Shown here piece by piece: positions 26,505 through 64,000 of a stretch of 64,000 nt of DNA. Position numbers and translations under genes: made by a program. Where the stretch lies: contig NIVC01000993.1 of the NCBI GenBank assembly GCA_002269645.1, positions 1 through 64,000 on the forward strand, written 5' to 3'. The notes beneath the pieces are model-generated. The model ran no database searches. It saw only the letters and a list, made by a program, of their open reading frames with translations, and had not been told where the DNA came from. Each line of letters starts with the position of its first letter. Position 1 is the first letter of the stretch. This DNA is from Macrostomum lignano. Taxonomy: Eukaryota.

Positions 26505-27760
26505 ATAACTACTTAACTAGCTAGTTTGCTGCACATCCAACTAAAATTCCTGCCTAGGCCACTGCACCATTTAGTGGCTGTGACCTGTATATACAATACA
26601 TAATAACTGCAACTATAGAGGCCCGATACAGGAGCTTTAACTGTGGTTGAGGCAGGGCAAGGTGCCACAGACATTGTTACACAAAGGTCGTTCGTGCTCT
26701 GTCTGAGCTCAATCTGAGAGAGATGTCGAAACGTGCGTCACGTGCCTAAGCACACACCTCCAAAAATTTAATCACGAAAAATCGTCACCCCTTCAATTCC
26801 TAAACTCCCCCTCCAGCCAATTCCTGGAATAATCTGAGCTTGATTTTTCAGGTGTCCTCTCGAGTGCTAGCCAGGGCTTTCCAGGCCTGCATAGGAACGG
26901 GAGGATAATCCCCTTTGCATCAAGGCCGGGCGGAGTAGTCTTGTAGGCCGCTCATCATGTGACTCAATTTTTTTACTGCGAGACACTCTTTGCCGCTTCA
27001 TCACTCACTCTAGTCCAGCATTAATAATCCTCTTAAGTTTTCTAAACCTCTGCAAGCTGTGCAGGACCTGCCGCTGGGTGCTAGTGCAGTGTCTCTTGGA
27101 TGAGGAGAAGCTGCAATTGATGTAGTAGTTGGTTGCAGTTGTAGTCTCAAAGTTTTTATCTGTCAGCTTTTTCGTGTAATTTACTATCTCCAATACTATT
27201 TAAACCGCTGAGCTCATTCTTTTGTTTTTTAGTGTAAATGGCTGCTCTGAAACCACTGAAGACAGAAATAAATAAAGAGTCATTTGAGTAGTTCTTATTC
27301 TCCGCTCAAAATATGACGACAAACGCAAGACCAGAGTCAGAAATTGTGTTTGCAAATGGCAAATGGGGACAATTAGTTATAGTGTAAACATTTATATTAA
27401 TAACCCTTTTATTATCCAAAATCTGCGTCAGAGGCGGACTTGCGAGTTCTGGCATGCAGTCCAGCACAAGAATAGAATAATTCCTACTTTTGCTAAAAAT
27501 CGTTTTCTAAAAATATTAGTTGACATATAAATAAGAGTGATAATTTAAAATTTGAAATAGTTTCCCAGAAGTTCTTTGCAAGATTTGTCAATTTGGATTT
27601 TGTCACCTTCAGGATATCTGCAGAAATTGGTCCTTAGTCAGAGTAATTTTGCTTGCTACCAGCGTTAGTAAATGGCCCGCGTTGCTAATTGCCAAAAAAA
27701 ATCTACAAAATTTTGAGAAGAGATAATCGGTAAACAAAGTACCCTAGTTAGACTCCGTGC

Positions 27761-27868
27761 GTTCATTTGGGCTTATGTGCACAAAAAAGAAGGCCAAGAG
27801 GGTTGGCGTTAGGGTCAACCCCCAAGGCACAGTGACTGTACATGCCTGACGATTAGAAAGTCGGGGCC
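27761..27868. repeat. Dispersed hairpin-containing element, copy 1
   Basis: Shares TTCATTTG.GGCTT.TGTGCA, GGGTTGGC...CAACCCCCAAGGCACAG and GTACATGCCTGA.GATTAGAAAG with 46671-46774. Confidence 0.75.
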
Positions 27869-28021
27869 ATAGGGGCGTCGCCACCGGGGAAACAGGGGGG
27901 ACATGCCCCCCCCAGTGAAAGATCTGGGGGGGGGGGGTGGACATACCAATGCTTTGTCCCCCCAACTTCACCTTGTGACCCGTTATGGAAATCAATAATT
28001 TTGCTGCAGGGTGACAAAACA

Positions 28022-28320
28022 GAGTGCCTGTGGCGCTAAAATGGGTGCCTGTGGCGCTAAAATGAGTGCCTGTGGCGCTAAAATGAGTGTCTGTGGCGCT
28101 AAAATGAGTGCCTGCGGCGCTAAAATGAGTGCCTGCGGCGCTAAAATGAGTGCCTGCGGCGCTAAAATGAGTGCCTGCGGCGCTAAAATGAGTGCCTGCG
28201 GCGCTAAAATGAGTGCCTGCGGCGCTAAAATGAGTGCCTGCGGCGCTAAAATGAGTGCCTGCGGCGCTAAAATGAGTGCCTGCGGCGCTAAAATGAGTGC
28301 CTGCTGCGCTAAAATGAGCG
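28022..28320. repeat. 21-bp minisatellite, about 14 copies
   Basis: Unit GAGTGCCTGCGGCGCTAAAAT. Confidence 0.95.
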
Positions 28321-29070
28321 CTGACAACATTGATTCTAAAAATAATTTACGCGTATGAATTTAGTTATGTACATGTACAATTTAGAATTCTTGGCTTCTA
28401 AACTTAGGCTGCAATCTTGCCGATTGAAAATGAGTGCCAAAGGCAACTAGGGGCTAATAGTTTGTTTAATTGCATAGTGCTCTGTCCTTGCTTCGACGAC
28501 TCTATCGCCTTGGCTTGCGCATGTGCAGGTGTATGTCAGGTTATGGAGAAAATTTGTATGACGCACTGCGGACTGGCCCTTGCTTGAAATATCTCACTGT
28601 CTTTTGTGAAGAATCTCGGGCTCCCAGCTATTTTCGGTAATAATTTCCACTGGATGAAAGGTTTTGTAAGTCCAGTCACGCACACTTCGGGGTAGCTTTG
28701 AATCGCACCTGCGACTCATTTTGCCAATTAGCGATCTGGAATTCTCGAGTTTCTGATTAGTAATTCATTTTGAAGCGTCCATTGCTCTCGTATGGACTTG
28801 AACATTTAATAGTACACTGTCTGAGCCGACCGTATCTTTGCTGAAAGTAGACAATTGAAATATGCACAACCAGTTATTTTTAACTTTGTTCTAAGCACGT
28901 ACTGTTCCCACATTGTACTTTGAGAAACTTGCGACGAATAAACCTTCGGACAAAACTCATATTTGCTCTACTTTTAATTCAAAAGTTCAGGAGATGAGAC
29001 ATTTGTTTATTTATAGTGCACAAACACTACACAAATTCCAATTTCGCCAATGCATTACGCAGCCAAAACC

Positions 29071-31060
29071 GGGGTTCAAGTTACGTTTTGGGTTTGGGTT
29101 TGGTTTTGGGATGGGGTTCAAGTTAGGTTTAGGTTAGGGTTTGGGTTTGGGATGGGGTTCAAGTTACGTTTTGGGTTTGGGTTTGGTTTTGGGATGGGGT
29201 TCAAGTTAGGTTTAGGTTAGGGTTTGGGTTTGGGATGGGGTTCAAGTTACGTTTTGGGTTTGGGTTTGGTTTTGGGATGGGGTTCAAGTTAGGTTTAGGT
29301 TAGGGTTTGGGTTTGGGATGGGGTTCAAGTTAGGTTTAGGTTAGGGTTTGGGTTTGGGATGGGGTTCAAGTTAGGTTTAGGTTAGGGTTGAGGTTTGGGA
29401 TGGGGTTCAAGTTAGGTTTAGGTTAGGGTTTGGGTTTGGGATGGGGTTCAAGTTACGTTTTGGGTTTGGGTTTGGTTTTGGGATGGGGTTCAAGTTAGGT
29501 TTAGGTTAGGGTTTGGGTTTGGGATGGGGTTCAAGTTACGTTTTGGGTTTGGGTTTGGTTTTGGGATGGGGTTCAAGTTAGGTTTAGGTTAGGGTTTGGG
29601 TTTGGGATGGGGTTCAAGTTACGTTTTGGGTTTGGGTTTGGTTTTGGGATGGGGTTCAAGTTAGGTTTAGGTTAGGGTTTGGGTTTGGGATGGGGTTCAA
29701 GTTAGGTTTAGGTTAGGGTTTGGGTTTGGGATGGGGTTCAAGTTAGGTTTAGGTTAGGGTTGAGGTTTGGGATGGGGTTCAAGTTAGGTTTAGGTTAGGG
29801 TTTGGGTTTGGGATGGGGTTCAAGTTAGGTTTAGGTTAGGATTTGGGTTTGGGATGGGGTTCAAGTTAGGTTTAGGTTAGGGTTGAGGTTTGGGATGGGG
29901 TTCAAGTTAGGTTTAGGTTAGGGTTTGGGTTTGGGATGGGGTTCAAGTTAGGTTTAGGTTAGGATTTGGGTTTGGGATGGGGTTCAAGTTAGGTTTAGGT
30001 TAGGGTTGAGGTTTGGGATGGGGTTCAAGTTAGGTTTAGGTTAGGGTTTGGGTTTGGGATGGGGTTCAAGTTAGGTTTAGGTTAGGATTTGGGTTTGGGA
30101 TGGGGTTCAAGTTAGGTTTAGGTTAGGGTTTGGGTTTGGGATGGGGTTCAAGTTACGTTTAGGTTAGGGTTTGGGTTTGGGATGGGGTTCAAGTTAGGTT
30201 TAGGTTAGGGTTTGGGTTTGGGATGGGGTTCAAGTTAGGTTTAGGTTAGGGTTTGGGTTTGGGATGGGGTTCAAGTTAGGTTTAGGTTAGGGTTTGGGTT
30301 TGGGATGGGGTTCAAGTTAGGTTTAGGTTAGGGTTTGGGTTTGGGATGGGGTTCAAGTTAGGTTTAGGTTAGGGTTTGGGTTTGGGATGGGGTTCAAGTT
30401 AGGTTTAGGTTAGGATTTGGGTTTGGGATGGGGTTCAAGTTAGGTTTAGGTTAGGGTTTGGGTTTGGGATGGGGTTCAAGTTAGGTTTAGGTTAGGATTT
30501 GGGTTTGGGATGGGGTTCAAGTTAGGTTTAGGTTAGGATTTGGGTTTGGGATGGGGTTCAAGTTAGGTTTAGGTTAGGGTTTGGGTTTGGGATGGGGTTC
30601 AAGTTACGTTTAGGTTAGGGTTTGGGTTTGGGATGGGGTTCAAGTTAGGTTTAGGTTAGGATTTGGGTTTGGGATGGGGTTCAAGTTAGGTTTAGGTTAG
30701 GGTTTGGGTTTGGGATGGGGTTCAAGTTAGGTTTAGGTTAGGGTTTGGGTTTGGGATGGGGTTCAAGTTAGGTTTAGGTTAGGGTTTGGGTTTGGGATGG
30801 GGTTCAAGTTAGGTTTAGGTTAAGGTTTGGGTTTGGGATGGGGTTCAAGTTAGGTTTAGGTTAGGGTTTGGGTTTGGGATGGGGTTCAAGTTAGGTTTAG
30901 GTTAGGGTTTGTGTTTGGGATGGGGTTCAAGTTAGGTTTAGGTTAGGGTTTGGGTTTGGGATGGGGTTCAAGTTAGGTTTAGGTTAGGGTTTGGGTTTGG
31001 GATGGGGTTCAAGTTACGTTTAGGTTAGGGTTTGGGTTTGGGATGGGGTTCAAGTTAGGT
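29071..31060 (+). repeat. Telomere-like G-rich 41/42-bp satellite, about 48 copies
   Basis: Unit GGGGTTCAAGTTAGGTTTAGGTTAGGGTTTGGGTTTGGGAT contains TTAGG and TTAGGG and four G-tracts. The 42-bp variant (TTACGTTTTGGG...) is confined to the left part. Confidence 0.96.
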
Positions 31061-32701
31061 TTTGAAGCTACATGTAGCTTCAAACCTAAGCTACATAAAC
31101 CTAAGCTATAAGTTTGAAGCTACATGTAGTCTGCGTCTGTTGGTTTAAAAGCTCCGCCATCAAACGAGGCAATATTTTTCGTCCCTATGTACATCATTAA
31201 GGTGACTCTGGATGCTGTACTGGAAGAAAGGATTCGGGCCCTGTTAAAGTGCGACAAATCCCCACTGTGGGGCAAATCTGTGAGTTGTTTATAGGACGAT
31301 TTCAATCTTCAGAGCAGGAGACCTTTTTGATTAAAAAAAACTGAGCAAATTTGTGACGAGGACGCACAGCCAACTTAAAAAGTATTTAACAAGTGTCGCA
31401 TAGAATGTATAAAATATTTAATAACATAAACTATCTTTCTCATTAGAGAACAAACAATTGTCTTAATTCAAGTAAAAATTGCAAAGGGTTTTGCAATGAA
31501 CAAAAGCAAACAAAAAGGCCTATAGCTATGAATGGCTTTGTAATTGCACGAATCAAGTTCAATTATTTTGTTATTGATGTAATGTTGCCCCCTTTCAGGC
31601 TTCCTGAGAGAGCAAGATGGTTAAAGGGGAAACAAATCCTGACTTCTTTTCGGCTACCTGGCTCGTGACCACAGAATTTAAGCAACGATCGCTACATGTC
31701 GTAGGGATGCATGCACGCAATCCTCTTTGATGTAGTGAGACCATGCAGTCAATGAGACGTGAATGGCGCCTGATTGAAGGACTGACTATACTTACTCTCT
31801 ATCGCCTTAATGTAGCTTTTAAGCAGGACAGAGAGAGGAATACGTCGCAAGTACGAGTTATCAAACATTGTTTTGATTTCCCTGCCGTCATACGGTCTAT
31901 AAACATTGCAATTATACAAGCGTATAGCTATACAGGTCTAACAATAAATGGCGCGGAAGTAAACAGTACATGCTAGTCGTTTGTAATAACCGTCCTACAG
32001 TGCACACTGCATACGTATATATAAATTACATTACATTTGAAAACCTAAAGAAAACCTAAGTCTAATCAACATACTAAAGTTTGATTTGTTTATTTTGCGT
32101 CTGCAAAGAAAAGGTAATTTAGGAGAAGAGACACACTCTGCATGCATAGTACATGCAAACAGTACGTATATAGAGTTACAAATTTGGTTACAATAATAGA
32201 GTGATAGTGAGAGACAATTTTAAAAGCAAAAGAAATGCAGATAACTTGAATTAGTCTTTTTATTATACATTAGCAAAAATATTGCAACAAACTGAGTGAA
32301 AATACGACACTAATAGTTTTCCTTTCATGCGATATTTATCGAAATTTAATATTCTTTTTGTTGGTTTTTTGCAGAAACAATTAACCGGAAAATTATAAGT
32401 TAAAACAAATTATCCTAAAAAAATTATACTAAAATTTCATATTTTGTTCTAGATGATGCTAAATATTGTCTAAATTTAAATCAAAACAAGTTTTTGCTAT
32501 TATTTTAAAATGTTTATACCACGAAAATGCCTAGATTTTTCGACTTTAAAACAATTTTTAACGTGTATAGAGTGCATGAGCAAATGTTATGAGCAAAAAC
32601 GCTTGAAACTTCTACTCGCTCGCGGCAGTTCAAAGTTTTTACGAATTCATGCGCGATTTGCGCAGAAAGTTGGATAGCATGAAAGCAGCATCAAAAACAA
32701 T

Positions 32702-62462
<29,761 letters not shown>

Positions 62463-63429
62463 GTGAGTCATTTTTGGCTGTATCCAATGATTTATAGCGA
62501 AAAAGTGACCTTGAGGGAATTCCGTTTCTATTTTTAGAAACTAGCGGGCAGAAAAGCCGTTAAGATTAAAGAATGAACAAATATTTTTATTTCAATGAAT
62601 CTTGTGACCTTGTACAGTATCTAGGGCTCTGGAAATTCCGGAAGGAAAATGTTACTTTTTAAATAAGAGAATAGAAAAGCTTTTAAGAGTCACCTGCAGA
62701 TATAGCACGTATAAAGTTTTGTAGTCTCAAAAGAGCTTTCCGCTTTCAGTTGCGGAATAATCTGTATCATCAGGCGAGGCTGTACCTAGGGAAAATGACC
62801 TTGAGGGAATTCCACTTCTATTTTTAGAAACTAGCGAGTTGAAAAGCTTTTTAGGCTTCTCCCTTAGATGAAATTTTTGAATCTTATAATGACCTTGAAG
62901 GAATTCCTGTTTCTATTTTAGTAGGAGTTAAAGAATTAAAAAAGTACACGTTTAAAGCCATGGTAAAGCGTCATAAAACGTTTAATTTATGTTAATTATA
63001 TACTTTGTATTTTCCGGACCTCTGGCAATTCATCATTGGCTTGATTGGCGAGCTGAAGTTGTGCGTAGTCGGCTTTGACTTTGATGGATGAATTCCGAAT
63101 ACTCAATACACAGGGGAGAGGGCCAGAAAGAGGAAGACAGAAAAGGGGGAATGTCTGGGGGGGGGCACTCCCTCCTCTCTTCGCTTGACTCAAACAGCTC
63201 ATTTTAGTGGCTCACACTCTGATCATCAAGGAGCCCTGGCGCTGGAGACTGGAGTGCAGAAACTCTTTCATTAAACTCTGACTCTCCTGCACATGAAGGC
63301 TGAGTACGAGAAGAGAAAGATGAAGAACCTTGCTTTTGGTAGAGCCTAATCGGGGGCATCACAAACCCGAAATATCATAACTCCGAAAATGCTAGCAGTG
63401 CCCAACGCTATTCACGTTTTCGAGTTATG

Positions 63430-64000
63430 ATATTTAGGGTTCGCGATATTTCGGGTTTGTGATATTCCGGGTTTGTGATATTTCGGGTTTGTGATATTCC
63501 GGGTTTGTGATATTTCGGGTTTGTGATGTTTCGGGTTTGTGATATTTCGGGTTTGTGATATTCCAGGTTTGTGATATTTCGGGTTAATGATATTTTGGGT
63601 TTGTGATATTTCAGGTTAATGATATTTTGGGTTTGTGATATTTCGGGTTAATGATATTTTGGGTTTGTGATATTTCGGGTTTGTGATATTCCGGGTTTGT
63701 GATATTTCGGGTTTGTGATATTTCGGGTTTGTGATATTTCGGGTTTGTGATATTTCGGGTTAATGATATTTTGGGTTTGTGATATTTTGGGTTTGTGATA
63801 TTTCGGGTTTGTGATATTTCGGGTTTGTGATATTTTGGGTTTGTGATATTTTGGGTTTGTGATATTTTGGGTTTGTGATATTTCGGGTTTGTGATATTTC
63901 GGGTTTGTGATATTTTGGGTTTGTGATATTTTGGGTTTGTGATATTTTGGGTTTGTGATATTTCGGGTTTGTGATATTTCGGGTTTGTGATATTTCGGGT
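63430..64000. repeat. 16-bp minisatellite running off the window end
   Basis: Unit GGGTTTGTGATATTTC. Confidence 0.96.

Noticed and set aside
26709-26745. Minimal hammerhead-like string CTGAGAGAG-ATGT-CGAAAC-GTGC-GTC
   Set aside because: The core has an extra base relative to CUGANGA and no stem I can be formed; at best a decayed remnant.
27870-27965. hAT/MITE-like end AGGGGCGTCGCCA with G/C runs
   Set aside because: No matching opposite terminus was found nearby, so an element cannot be delimited.

Overview
Eukaryotic (animal) genomic DNA with spliceosomal GT-AG introns, GC-rich low-complexity exons and more than 20 unrelated mini/microsatellite arrays. The style suggests a free-living flatworm such as Macrostomum, but that is inference only. 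Genes reconstructed by hand: two intronless, divergent alpha-SNAP-like paralogs (2.8-6.3 kb, +; the first has three -1 frameshifts); a 5-exon TTLL4 tubulin glutamylase (7.6-12.3 kb, +); a 2-exon ANKFN1/wide-awake-like gene (21.2-24.7 kb, +); and the 5' part of an unc-13/Munc13 gene (32.7 kb to past the window end, +). The ORF track largely misses unc-13 because most exons are small. It appears to have two alternative N-termini: C2A + Pro/Gln-rich linker + calmodulin-binding exon, versus a single 942-codon alternative first exon. An Ariadne-like RBR E3 ligase gene is nested antisense in one unc-13 intron, and another unc-13 intron is almost pure (GATA)n. Other elements: two copies of a tRNA-headed CORE-like SINE, a MITE, a telomere-like G4 satellite ending in a palindrome, a short interstitial (TTAGGG)5, a dispersed hairpin element and weak LINE remnants. 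No rRNA, functional tRNA or CRISPR array was found.
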